DNA of 64,000 bases from a virus (IMGVR_UViG_3300035701_000023:4303-68302), one strand, 5' to 3'. Shown: positions 1 to 10,074, counted from the stretch's first letter. The notes: generated by a model not told the origin, from the letters alone. Numbers and translations: made by a program.

Positions 1-2
1 AA

Positions 3-1499
3 AAATACACAAGATGTTCCATGAACCCAGATATGCCGGGATATATCGCAAAGAAAATTGGTACAAGTAATACAGAATATGAATTACAGTCTAAATATAT
101 TATGTTGGTTATAGCTGATAATGCCCCAATCGACGCTTTCCCTGCGGGATTTAAAGGATTTGTGAGTAATAGTAATGTGTCGGGATCAACATTAGGTAGT
201 GTAGTATATAAAACACAATATTTTGATGCGGGTGATGTTGTTTATTACAATAGTGACGGATCTGAGGAAACAACAAACGGAGATAAGGTTAGAAAAGTTT
301 GTTTGGGACTTTCTTCACAATCAGGTTTTGATTTTGATGCTGATTTGTTTACGTATAAAGGTCAATCAGCTAATGACGAAACATTTGGTTTCCACTTATC
401 AGTAAATGCCGCAAGTATTACTGGAACAACATATAAAACAACTCCATATGATTTGGAAGGAGTTAATAAAGATAAGTTGGATACAATTGGGTATCGTAAA
501 TTTACATTTGCGGTTTGTGGTGGTTTCGATGGTTGGGACATTTACAGAAACGTAAGAACAAATGGTGATTCCTATATATTTGGTAGAAATACCTATATAT
601 CTGGAAATACAACAAATGGTGGTGTGTTCAGTACGTCAGCAGGAAATTCAGATTACTATTCTTATCTAGCGGGTATTGAGACCTTCCTAAATCCTGAAGC
701 GGTTAACATTAACGTGTTCGCAACACCGGGAATCAACTTCTATGATCACAGTTCACTTACCACACAGGCAATTGACATGATTGAGAACGACAGATCCGAC
801 TCACTTTACATTATAAACTCACCTAACGTAACTACATCTGATGAGGTGATAAGTAATCTAGATAATCTAGGATATGATAGTAGTTATTCCGCAACATATT
901 GGCCTTGGATTCAAATTAGAGATCAGGACAACGCAACACAATTGTTCATTCCACCAACAGCTGAGGTTGTTAGAAACATAGCGTTAACTGATAACGTATC
1001 CTATCCTTGGTTCGCAGTTGCTGGATATTCAAGAGGTTTGGTTAAATCAATTAAAGCCCAGAAGAAACTGACTTTGGATGAAAGAGATGAACTTTATTTG
1101 AACAGAATTAACCCGATCGCTACTTTCTCGGATACTGGTACAATCATTTGGGGTAATAAAACCCTTCAGGTTAGAGAATCAGCCCTTGACAGGATGAATG
1201 TGAGAAGGTTACTATTGAGAGCAAGAAAATTGATATCAGCGGTATCAGTAAGGTTGTTATTTGATCAGAATGACGATCAGGTGAGAAATGAATTCTTGAG
1301 GTTAACTAATCCAATTCTTGAAGCAATTAAGAAAGAGAGAGGTCTTTATGACTTCCGTGTAACGGTTTCAAACGCACCAGAGGATTTGGATGCTAACACG
1401 ATGAGAGGTAAGATTTACATCAAACCAACTCGTTCTCTTGAGTTCATTGAATTGGAATTCATTGTTACACCAACAGGTGCATCATTTGAAAATATATAA
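3..1499 (+). CDS. Contractile tail sheath protein, C-terminal part (5' end outside window)
   Basis: Frame is open from the window edge. Sheath motifs YWPWIQ, PWFAVAGYSRG, ERDELYLNRINPI, IWGNKTLQ, RMNVRRLL and IYIKPTRSLEFIELEF (T4 gp18 family). Confidence 0.95.
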   Translation, partial: KYTRCSMNPDMPGYIAKKIGTSNTEYELQSKYIMLVIADNAPIDAFPAGFKGFVSNSNVSGSTLGSVVYKTQYFDAGDVVYYNSDGSEETTNGDKVRKVCLGLSSQSGFDFDADLFTYKGQSANDETFGFHLSVNAASITGTTYKTTPYDLEGVNKDKLDTIGYRKFTFAVCGGFDGWDIYRNVRTNGDSYIFGRNTYISGNTTNGGVFSTSAGNSDYYSYLAGIETFLNPEAVNINVFATPGINFYDHSSLTTQAIDMIENDRSDSLYIINSPNVTTSDEVISNLDNLGYDSSYSATYWPWIQIRDQDNATQLFIPPTAEVVRNIALTDNVSYPWFAVAGYSRGLVKSIKAQKKLTLDERDELYLNRINPIATFSDTGTIIWGNKTLQVRESALDRMNVRRLLLRARKLISAVSVRLLFDQNDDQVRNEFLRLTNPILEAIKKERGLYDFRVTVSNAPEDLDANTMRGKIYIKPTRSLEFIELEFIVTPTGASFENI

Positions 1500-1509
1500 T
1501 AAAAATAAG

Positions 1510-1538
1510 AATGGGTGGTCAAAAGACCACCCGTTTTT
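1510..1538 (+). terminator. Intrinsic terminator after sheath gene
   Basis: AATGGGTGGTC-AAAA-GACCACCCGTT stem followed by a T run. Confidence 0.8.
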
Positions 1539-1540
1539 AG

Positions 1541-1556
1541 TGTTCCACGCGGAACA
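1541..1556. promoter_or_regulatory. parS-like palindrome (ParB binding site)
   Basis: TGTTCCACGCGGAACA, one mismatch to the parS palindrome TGTTCCACGTGGAACA; intergenic. Confidence 0.65.
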
Positions 1557-1607
1557 AAAAATATATAACGTTTATAACTTTTTGAAGAAAATAATTTGGT
1601 AAAAAAA

Positions 1608-1696
1608 CCCAGTATATAGGGACCTAATTATCTAGTATTTATTATTGAAGCTCTTTTTTTGAGGAAGTTAATTTTAAATATTCTAGTTATACTGGG
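1608..1696. repeat. Inverted repeat CCCAGTATA/TATACTGGG with further C(C/T)AGT copies in an AT-rich spacer
   Basis: CCCAGTATA at 1608-1616 and TATACTGGG at 1688-1696; CTAGTA 1632, CTAGTT 1683, CCAGTA 1697. Confidence 0.55.
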
Positions 1697-1702
1697 CCAG
1701 TA

Positions 1703-1734
1703 AAAAACTACGAAAAAAAATTGATAAAGTCAAA
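1703..1734 (-). promoter_or_regulatory. Bacteroidota-type sigma70 promoter, leftward
   Basis: Minus strand reads TTTG-N20-TAGTTTTT against the consensus TTTG-N19-21-TAnnTTTG; no sizeable ORF downstream. Confidence 0.5.
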
Positions 1735-1767
1735 TATTTCCAAAAAAAAAGTTTTTAAACGAGGATA

Positions 1768-1774
1768 TATTTAT
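1768..1774 (+). promoter_or_regulatory. Putative late promoter TATTTAT (tube gene)
   Basis: The same heptamer recurs upstream of most structural genes in the window. Confidence 0.6.
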
Positions 1775-1809
1775 AAAGAAGATAAACAAAAAAATTAAAT
1801 AAGAATAAA

Positions 1810-2298
1810 ATGGCAGATCTTTTAATGAAAATGCCGGTTCCTTATGAACCGAAAAGAGTCAACCGATTCCTCCTTAGATTTCCTTCATCATTGGGAATTA
1901 ACGAATGGTATGTTACGTCGGCCGCTAGACCTAGTGCTAAGATAAACTCAGTACCTATTCCATTTATCAACACAGAAACATACGTTGCTGGTAGATTCGT
2001 TTGGAATGAACTTAGAGTTACCTTCAAAGACCCGATTGGACCTTCAGCTTCACAAGCGTTGATGGAATGGTTCCGTTTACATGCTGAATCTGTTACTGGT
2101 AGAATGGGTTACGCCGCAGGATATAAAAAAGACATTGAATTGGAAATGTTAGACCCAACAGGGGTTGTAATTGAAAAGTGGATCCTACAAGGAACATTCA
2201 TTACTGATTTAAACTTTAATGAATTGGACTATTCAAGGGACGAACTTGCAACTATTACTGCGTCGCTTCGTATGGATCGTTGCATCCTCGTGTATTGA
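1810..2298 (+). CDS. Tail tube protein (T4 gp19-like)
   Basis: 162 aa directly after the sheath; YEPKRVNRF, YVAGRFVW, GYAAGYKKDI, EKWILQGTF and LRMDR motifs. Confidence 0.92.
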   Translation: MADLLMKMPVPYEPKRVNRFLLRFPSSLGINEWYVTSAARPSAKINSVPIPFINTETYVAGRFVWNELRVTFKDPIGPSASQALMEWFRLHAESVTGRMGYAAGYKKDIELEMLDPTGVVIEKWILQGTFITDLNFNELDYSRDELATITASLRMDRCILVY

Positions 2299-2319
2299 TT
2301 TTTTCTTAACACCAAATAT

Positions 2320-2368
2320 AAACCAGTAATTACTTTAGGGATCATTCCCGGGAGATTACTGGTTTTTT
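2320..2368 (+). terminator. Intrinsic terminator after tube gene
   Basis: AAACCAGTAAT...ATTACTGGTTT outer stem, inner GGGA-TCAT-TCCC hairpin, T run. Confidence 0.7.
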
Positions 2369-2416
2369 GTTGCGGGAAACTTTACAATACACTACTTATT
2401 AAGTAAATTATACATT

Positions 2417-3172
2417 ATGGACGAATACAGAATTGACCCAACAATCGCTTACGATGTTGTTACCCTACCTTCGGGAGGAATCTACTACGAAAATAAAAAG
2501 AAATCAGTCAAAGTGGCATATCTAACTGCAACAGATGAGAACATCCTTTCTTCACCAAACTTGGTAGCAACGAATGGTGTTATCGATGAACTTATAAAGA
2601 GGAAAATTCTTGATAGAGACATCCAAGGTGATGATCTGATTGAGGAAGATAGACAAGCCATTCTTATTTTTTTAAGAAACACTGCTTGGGGTTCAGAGTA
2701 TAATGTATCAGCTATTGATCCAAAAACTGATAAAGAATTTCCATTTAAGGTTGATCTTTCGGTGTTAAAAACAAAAGAATTCAAACTTGTGGAGGATTCA
2801 AATGGGGAATTTCCATATCATTTTGAGAAAAGTAATGTGAACATAACATTTAAATTTCTAACAAGAAAACAGGAAAAAGAGTTAAAAGAATTAATAGATA
2901 GTTGGACAGATGAAACTCTCGGAGTTCCTCCACGATCATCCAAACGATTGGAAATGATGATCAAATCTGTTGCAGGTAGTCGGGATCAAATGAATATTCA
3001 TAATCTTATTGAAAGACTACCAATTAAAGATGCTCAAGATTTCAAGAAATTTGTTAATGAAAATAAACCCGGATTAGACTTAACCCAAAATGTAAAAACC
3101 CCGTCAGGAGATATAATCCAAGTTAATATTGGATTCGGGGTAGAATTCTTTCGCCCTTTCTACGGATTATAA
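2417..3172 (+). CDS. Tail/baseplate hub assembly chaperone (T4 gp26-like)
   Basis: Between tube and tape measure; VTLPSGGIYY, YLTATDENIL, DRQAILIFLRNTAWG and terminal GVEFFRP; upstream TACTTAT at 2393-2399. Confidence 0.8.
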   Translation: MDEYRIDPTIAYDVVTLPSGGIYYENKKKSVKVAYLTATDENILSSPNLVATNGVIDELIKRKILDRDIQGDDLIEEDRQAILIFLRNTAWGSEYNVSAIDPKTDKEFPFKVDLSVLKTKEFKLVEDSNGEFPYHFEKSNVNITFKFLTRKQEKELKELIDSWTDETLGVPPRSSKRLEMMIKSVAGSRDQMNIHNLIERLPIKDAQDFKKFVNENKPGLDLTQNVKTPSGDIIQVNIGFGVEFFRPFYGL

Positions 3173-3302
3173 AAAAACACAACTTACGGAAATATTGTTC
3201 TTAATTAAAAGAGGGTTCTCATGGGGGGACATTCTTTCTATGCCTGTATATGTGAGAAGGTATTATGTTGAGTATATTCTTGAATTAGAAAATTCAAGTT
3301 AA
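3144..3302 (+). CDS. Frameshift-extension ORF of the tail chaperone (gp51/GT-like), absent from ORF track
   Basis: +1 frame open 3144-3302 (FALSTDYKKTQLTEILFLIKRGFSWGDILSMPVYVRRYYVEYILELENSS). It fills the gap to the tape measure, has no upstream ATG, and carries an FSxxDIxxMPxxxR motif typical of GT/gp51-like extensions. Confidence 0.75.
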   Translation, partial: NSFALSTDYKKTQLTEILFLIKRGFSWGDILSMPVYVRRYYVEYILELENSS

Positions 3303-3315
3303 CCTATTTATTAGT

Positions 3316-5277
3316 ATGAATCAAGAACTATTAAGATTAGCAAGAGCACGAAACAGTTCCTTGTTTATTAGTACATATCTCTCATTAAATCCGGGACACA
3401 CTAACACTCAAGCGTCAAGTGCATATAATGGATATCTTTCACAAATTGCTGGAGGAAATGGCGGAGGAACAGGTGGTGGTTATACTCCCCCACCCGCAAA
3501 CAACAATGGTGGAGCTGGTGTTGGGGGTGGTGGATGGTTAACAACCATTGGATCAACACTAAACGATGGATTTAAAGGTATTGTCGGTCTTACAGAAAAA
3601 TTTTACAGAACACAGTTTGGACAAAATAAAGAACTTGGTGGTCCTGATAATAATGTGGGTCAAAAAATATTAGATCTATTACAAAGTGGTGGATTTAATC
3701 CACTTAAATTAATTGGTGGTGGTTTTGTTGAAATTGAAAATGAAATTCTTGATCAGTTAACCAGAGAATCTCAATTAAAAAGTGAGATAAACTCAAAAAG
3801 TACTTTAACATTAGAACTATCAAAAGACTTAAGAGAAGATATTTTAGAATCATCAATAAATGCTTCTAAATTTGGATTTACACTTAACCAACTTGGTGAA
3901 TTATATACGGGTTTAGCTGAAAAATCTGGTAGATATGCATTAATTAATAAGGAGACAATGGATTTAGCTGCACCAGTGGCCGCAACTTTATCCATGAGTA
4001 TGGAACAACTATCAGATACAATTAATGAATTTGAAAAAGTTGGTAAGGGTGCTAATGACACACTTGAAACTATATTTGAAGTTGAGAAAAGATCAATGGT
4101 TCTTGGGTTAAATGGTAAAAAAATAGTTGCAGATTTACAAACAAATATTGGAAAATTAAACGAATACGGATTTAAAAAAGGGGTTGAGGGATTAGCTGAA
4201 ATGACGAGAAAGGCCGTTGAATTCAGAATGAGTATGGAGGAATCATTTAAAATTGCCGATAAGGTAATGAATCCAGAGGGTGCGTTAGAGTTAACGGCAA
4301 ATTTACAGGTATTAGGTGGAGCAATTGGTGATTTTAATGATCCACTTAAACTAATGTATATGGCAACAAATAATGTTGAGGGATTACAAGATGCGTTAAT
4401 TGATGCATCAAAATCTCTAGCAACATATAATGAGGAGCAAGGTAGATTTGAAATTACAGGGATTAATCTAAGACGAGCTAAAGAAATGGCAACTCAATTG
4501 GGTGTTTCTTATCAAGAATTGGCAAAGGGTTCAATAGCGGCCGCTGAAAGATCTAATGCTGCAACGTCATTAATGATGAGTGGATTACAAATGAAAGATG
4601 ACGATAAAGAACTTCTTTTAAACTTATCAAGAATGGAAAAGGGTGAAATGGTTATAAAAATACCACAAACCATTGCTAGTAGATTTGAAGGTAAAACAGA
4701 AGTTAGACTTGACCAAATGACTGAAGGGTTGAAAAAGGAATTAATAGCAAATGCCGAAGCCATAAAAGGAATGAAACCTGAAGATATGGCTATGGCACAA
4801 TTAACTGAGACACAAAAGATGGCTATGTATTTAGAATCAATTGCCGCTTGGGGAAAAAGAAGAGGAGTACAAATATTCAGAGGAGCATTAGAAGGATCGG
4901 GGTTACAGGGTAAAATGCAAGATAAATATAGTGACATAATCAAATATAGTAATGAAATAAAACCCACAATAAAAGACGTAAACTTTCAGCAAAATATTAA
5001 AGTGAAAACCGAAGAAGGTATTGATAATTTAAAAAAAATACCCGAAAGATTAAAACAAAAGGGTAAAAAAATATTAAACGATGCAGGTGATTGGATAGAA
5101 GATAATTTAGGTATAGGTAAAGTTGATGTTAAACACACACACGAACATATCTTCAGAACACCAAATCTTGTTGATAACATTTCAAGAGAAATGATTAAAG
5201 GTAATATGATGATGACCGAAGAACCAAATCCAAGAGGATATCTTGGTAAAAATAAAATGAATAATAATTATGTTTAA
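3316..5277 (+). CDS. Tape measure protein
   Basis: Position after chaperone; Ala/Leu/Glu-rich helical protein with Gly-rich N-terminus; TATTTAT at 3305-3311. Confidence 0.8.
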   Translation: MNQELLRLARARNSSLFISTYLSLNPGHTNTQASSAYNGYLSQIAGGNGGGTGGGYTPPPANNNGGAGVGGGGWLTTIGSTLNDGFKGIVGLTEKFYRTQFGQNKELGGPDNNVGQKILDLLQSGGFNPLKLIGGGFVEIENEILDQLTRESQLKSEINSKSTLTLELSKDLREDILESSINASKFGFTLNQLGELYTGLAEKSGRYALINKETMDLAAPVAATLSMSMEQLSDTINEFEKVGKGANDTLETIFEVEKRSMVLGLNGKKIVADLQTNIGKLNEYGFKKGVEGLAEMTRKAVEFRMSMEESFKIADKVMNPEGALELTANLQVLGGAIGDFNDPLKLMYMATNNVEGLQDALIDASKSLATYNEEQGRFEITGINLRRAKEMATQLGVSYQELAKGSIAAAERSNAATSLMMSGLQMKDDDKELLLNLSRMEKGEMVIKIPQTIASRFEGKTEVRLDQMTEGLKKELIANAEAIKGMKPEDMAMAQLTETQKMAMYLESIAAWGKRRGVQIFRGALEGSGLQGKMQDKYSDIIKYSNEIKPTIKDVNFQQNIKVKTEEGIDNLKKIPERLKQKGKKILNDAGDWIEDNLGIGKVDVKHTHEHIFRTPNLVDNISREMIKGNMMMTEEPNPRGYLGKNKMNNNYV

Positions 5278-5287
5278 TAGTAATTAA

Positions 5288-8200
5288 ATGCCGAGTTATT
5301 TAGATTTTGATACGACGAGAGTTTTTAGGGACTTTATATTGGGGAGAACACTCCAACAACCAAATGGTCCACAGACTTTTACTGCCTCTAACTATGACTA
5401 TCATGATTTAAGTAATTTCCCAAATGTTGATCCGGGGGACGTTGAAACAAACAGACCACAGGAATTATTACAAACACAAACATCCAACATTTATAAACCC
5501 TTAATATATGATATTGAGGATACATTACATACATTACCAAGACGGGCAAATTTAAGTTTATATCCATATTTTCAAAGTGATTCACATAATCTTATTGGTA
5601 TAATGTTGACGGATCATTATGACAATGAATCGGAACTTTTCAAATTCGCAGCTCATTACATAAAGGAAGAGAGAAACGGACCCGTTCACGCTAGGATTGA
5701 ACAAAACACATATGCAGCAACGGTCGGAAGGGTAAGACTTATAGATGCTCTTAACGGTAATACTGCGACGGCTATAAATCTTTTAACAGGTAGAGAACCA
5801 CTTATTGAAAGTAATAATAAAATTACAGTATCAAAAACCGTTCCCGGTAAAGTAATTGATTTCACTCAAACCGTTGTGGGTACTGAATTACCATTCTCAC
5901 TTATTCCGGGTAACTATTTAACTGACCCAGCAAATCCAATTAATTATAGACCCGTAGCAAACACACAAGTGGGAGCAATCATACAAGATGTAACAGGAGC
6001 TCTCGGATCATTAATTGGAGTACAAAGAAGACCTAAATTAGATAAAAAACCTTCAGATCTTTTTATTGAATATATGGGTGATGGTCAGAAGAAAGAATTA
6101 TATAATTTATTAACGTTTTCAAAATACGCTCCAAATTATACAACAACAGCAAGATCACAAAATTCATCAAAACCATTTAATTTTATTGACAGAGCGGCAC
6201 AAGGTGTAAAAGATTTCTTAGGACTTGAGGCGCCCGCAGGAGTAGCATATATTGGTGATGATCGAGCCAACGATGTAAAACATGGAATGAATGACTTTTA
6301 TGACAGACCTGTTAAGAGTCCTTATTACCTTAGTTTAATGTTTGATACAATACAAGCTGAATTGTTTCAAACTTCTAAAAATGTGGGTGAAGGCGGACAA
6401 ATATCAGGTAAATTAACGTGGATAAGTAAGAATTCAAAAAATAAACTTGGGATTAACAACGACCAATATGTTTCACAAAGTTCAAATTTAGAAACCTCTC
6501 TTTCAACAAAATATGGTTTCAGAGAAGATTCAATTTTAGGTGTTACCCAAGAATTATTAAATACATTACCAACCAATGGAGGTGAATCACGATCACACGT
6601 TGCAAATGTTATTGATCAAACAAGTAGAGTTTTCCGTGAGGGAGATGTGAGAATGTCGAGAGGTTCTGCGATAAAATATGTTGACAAAACTTCCGGGGAA
6701 GAAAGTGGAGTGGAATATTGTAGGGTGTGGACAAAAGATAGGCCATACTTTTCTATGTCAGACACAATGAAGAAAACCAATAATATTAGAAAGTTTGATG
6801 ATAGTGTATTGGGTGGAACTAGTCGTGTTTGGAATATAAACATTGCCCCCATGTCTGACGGTAACAAGGGATTTGGTAATTCTTCGAATATTGTGTCAGA
6901 TAAAGATCATTATGGTGGACAATTTTATGCTAAGAAATACATGTTTTCCATTGAGAACTTAGCGTGGAAATCCTCAACATCAGAAGGGTTTACCGTATTA
7001 AATTTACCATATTGTGAAAGAGGTCCAAATGGTGGTCGTGTAATGTGGTTTCCACCATACGATTTAAAAGTGAGTGAACAAAATAGTGCGAAATGGGAAG
7101 AAAACACTTTTTTAGGAAGACCCGAGCCAATATATACATATCAGAATACATCAAGGTCTGGACAGATTTCATTTAAGGTTGTTGTTGACCACCCAAGTGT
7201 ATTAAATTTACTTATCCGTGAATATTTCAGGGATATGACAGACGATGATGCTGAAAACTACATCAACGCTTTCTTTGCGGGATGTCAAGATGTAGATCTA
7301 TATGCATTGGTAAGAAAATTTGCCACTCTTGATGGGGATGATGTTATATTAATACAAAGATATCTAAACGCTGGTCTCAATTCTGAGATAATTCAGAAAT
7401 ATAAAACAACAACAGATGATATTAAAGAAAATAAACCAACAAGTGAATCTGTTACGAGTGATCCAAAGAATTCTAATGCGGGAGGTGATGGAGGTAGTTT
7501 TGATATATCATTAAATTTTGCAAATGATTATCCAAAAAATTCAAATAGCTTTAAAAGTGATGTGTCATATAAGAAACTTTATACCGAATTTAATAATGTA
7601 GACGTGAAAAACGCGTCGGTGGCTAAGTTAGGCACAGATGTAACAACATTGATTTTAGGATATGCTGCTAATAAAACAACATATGGTAATGACCATAATA
7701 TTTTATTTGGTAACCCTGTTCCTGTTGTTGCTAATCTTGCGACAAGTGTGACACAGATACAAACTGAGTTAATAAAAAGGTTTGATGATTTAACAACAAA
7801 ATATCAAGATTATAATAGTAAATTAACACAATTGAAAACGGATATTTCTGACGGGAAAGTACAAACTGTTACATTTAATATTCACTCATCAACATCTGCG
7901 GTTGCAGATAACAAATACAATATGAAACTTTCTTATAGAAGGGCTTATAGTATTATTATTGATATTTTGGAAAAAGTGTCAAAAACATCATCAGTTGATT
8001 CTAAAGTAATAAGTGGGTTAAAATGGGATAATTTTGACACTAACGATGATGGTACTGGTAAATCACAAGATAGAGAGGTGTCATTTAAAGATTTGGGGTA
8101 TTCAACAGACGGATCAATTAAGTTTAAAACATTAAACTATGGTGAGAAATATTCAAATGATGATGCTGATGGTTTGATATGTACTGGTAAAGAATTTAAA

Positions 8201-10069
8201 GGAGTTAAAGATTTGAATATAAACGCCCCAATCTCATTTGGTTGTAGAAGAACCAAAGTTAAAATGTCCTATACTAAGTCCGTTACTCAACCAACACAGG
8301 AGAATACGAATGTTACTAAACCAACATCCGCTTCTAATACAATATTAACTCCAGATGGTGTTGTAACAATTCCATCTAGAATAAAAAAGCCACCAATCGA
8401 TGTGATGAAAAGGATAATAATGAAGACGCTTTCTGAATGTTATTATTTTAAGAAACTTGAAGAAGATTCACCAGTTGCGTTTACCGCATTAAGAGAAAAA
8501 TTAAGATATTTTCATCCGGCGTTTCACTCAACAACGCCAGAGGGATTAAATGCGAGATTAACATTTTTAAACCAATGTGTAAGACCCGGTGACACTATTC
8601 CCATTAAAGGTATATCAGATGACATGGATCTTAACGCTAGAAATACAACGTTTGGTCCACCACCAATTTGCGTTCTAAGGGTTGGTGATTTCTATAATTC
8701 AAAAGTGGTTATCAGAGATGTTAATATAACATTTGACGACACAACATGGGATCTTAATCCAGAAGGTATTGGGGTTCAACCAATGATTGCCAATGTTAAC
8801 CTACAGGTTAATTTTATCGGTGGTCACGGTTTAGCAAGACCAGTGGAAAGATTACAGAACGCGTTATCATCAAACTTCTATGCAAATACGGAGATGTATG
8901 ATGAAAGGTCAATTTCAACCAATAAAACAATTGATGGAGTTGACGCTGAAAAATATACGAAGGAGTTTTTGGAACAAATTCAAAAAAACGCACATGAAGC
9001 TCCAAGATCAACAACAGATGTAAGTAGCATGGGTAAAATTCATCAAGGTGAATATATTGGACAACCTATTAAAACGACATTATCCTATGACACACTTATA
9101 AAAGATGTTTTTGAGAAAACAAAAAATTACTTTACATCATATCAGGATGCATATAATAAAACACAAGTAAAATATGGCCCCGAAATAACAAGTATGTTCT
9201 TTTCTTCAACTTATAGAACAATAAAAGACTATACGGTATATCAGGGCGCCGCGGGTTCACCACAAACAACAATCACATTATTTGGTCTTTATCTAAAGGG
9301 TAAAGAATTGAACATTTTGAGTAGAGGACTTAAATCAAAAATGGTTGATGATATTGAAAATAATATTGTTAATTTAACCAAAGACGTTTTTAATATAAAA
9401 ATAGGTGAGGTTAAAATACCAAATTCAAACCAACTTCTAAAACCTTTTATTAGTTCAACAATTCAGAATGTAATTGATGATATTGTAAACCATAAACCAG
9501 TTCAGGATTTGGAGACATCCAGAAATGAGTTGATTTCAGCATTGGATAAGGTAAATTACATAATTTATTATTTACATGATGCAATGATAGAAGGGGAAAA
9601 GTATTCTCAATTTGGATTAACTGGGTTTACATATGATTTATTGTATAACAAATATTCAAATTGTATTAATTTTTTAACTTCAAATTTATCAAAATTAACA
9701 TCACATATTGACACATCAATTGATTTTAATAATCCATCTTCAATAACAACCGCACAAACGGTAAGTATGATGTCTGTTTTATTAAAACCATATCGGAACG
9801 ACATTTATAACTTATATCAAGATACTATTGTGTTCAGACCTAACGTTGAAAAACCAATAATTGGAACAGCGTTAGATAAATTCATGGTAACACCTAGTGA
9901 AATATCATTTAAATTGGGTAAGACACCTGAATTAACAGATACAAAGACACTTAGTTTTGAATTTTCATATAATGGAGAAATAACAGACACAAGTGAAAGG
10001 ACAAATCTTAAGAATTTAAAATCATCAAAAGTACTGGTGACAACAAAATTAAACTATTATAAACCATAA
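5288..10069 (+). CDS. Large baseplate/tail-tube-initiator protein with inserted OmpA-like domain
   Basis: WEENTFLGRPEPIYTYQNTSRSG and PPICVLRVGDFYNSKVVI segments (tube-initiator/gp48-like folds); YNMKLSYRRAYSI OmpA_C signature. Confidence 0.7.
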   Translation: MPSYLDFDTTRVFRDFILGRTLQQPNGPQTFTASNYDYHDLSNFPNVDPGDVETNRPQELLQTQTSNIYKPLIYDIEDTLHTLPRRANLSLYPYFQSDSHNLIGIMLTDHYDNESELFKFAAHYIKEERNGPVHARIEQNTYAATVGRVRLIDALNGNTATAINLLTGREPLIESNNKITVSKTVPGKVIDFTQTVVGTELPFSLIPGNYLTDPANPINYRPVANTQVGAIIQDVTGALGSLIGVQRRPKLDKKPSDLFIEYMGDGQKKELYNLLTFSKYAPNYTTTARSQNSSKPFNFIDRAAQGVKDFLGLEAPAGVAYIGDDRANDVKHGMNDFYDRPVKSPYYLSLMFDTIQAELFQTSKNVGEGGQISGKLTWISKNSKNKLGINNDQYVSQSSNLETSLSTKYGFREDSILGVTQELLNTLPTNGGESRSHVANVIDQTSRVFREGDVRMSRGSAIKYVDKTSGEESGVEYCRVWTKDRPYFSMSDTMKKTNNIRKFDDSVLGGTSRVWNINIAPMSDGNKGFGNSSNIVSDKDHYGGQFYAKKYMFSIENLAWKSSTSEGFTVLNLPYCERGPNGGRVMWFPPYDLKVSEQNSAKWEENTFLGRPEPIYTYQNTSRSGQISFKVVVDHPSVLNLLIREYFRDMTDDDAENYINAFFAGCQDVDLYALVRKFATLDGDDVILIQRYLNAGLNSEIIQKYKTTTDDIKENKPTSESVTSDPKNSNAGGDGGSFDISLNFANDYPKNSNSFKSDVSYKKLYTEFNNVDVKNASVAKLGTDVTTLILGYAANKTTYGNDHNILFGNPVPVVANLATSVTQIQTELIKRFDDLTTKYQDYNSKLTQLKTDISDGKVQTVTFNIHSSTSAVADNKYNMKLSYRRAYSIIIDILEKVSKTSSVDSKVISGLKWDNFDTNDDGTGKSQDREVSFKDLGYSTDGSIKFKTLNYGEKYSNDDADGLICTGKEFKGVKDLNINAPISFGCRRTKVKMSYTKSVTQPTQENTNVTKPTSASNTILTPDGVVTIPSRIKKPPIDVMKRIIMKTLSECYYFKKLEEDSPVAFTALREKLRYFHPAFHSTTPEGLNARLTFLNQCVRPGDTIPIKGISDDMDLNARNTTFGPPPICVLRVGDFYNSKVVIRDVNITFDDTTWDLNPEGIGVQPMIANVNLQVNFIGGHGLARPVERLQNALSSNFYANTEMYDERSISTNKTIDGVDAEKYTKEFLEQIQKNAHEAPRSTTDVSSMGKIHQGEYIGQPIKTTLSYDTLIKDVFEKTKNYFTSYQDAYNKTQVKYGPEITSMFFSSTYRTIKDYTVYQGAAGSPQTTITLFGLYLKGKELNILSRGLKSKMVDDIENNIVNLTKDVFNIKIGEVKIPNSNQLLKPFISSTIQNVIDDIVNHKPVQDLETSRNELISALDKVNYIIYYLHDAMIEGEKYSQFGLTGFTYDLLYNKYSNCINFLTSNLSKLTSHIDTSIDFNNPSSITTAQTVSMMSVLLKPYRNDIYNLYQDTIVFRPNVEKPIIGTALDKFMVTPSEISFKLGKTPELTDTKTLSFEFSYNGEITDTSERTNLKNLKSSKVLVTTKLNYYKP

Positions 10070-10074
10070 TTGAA

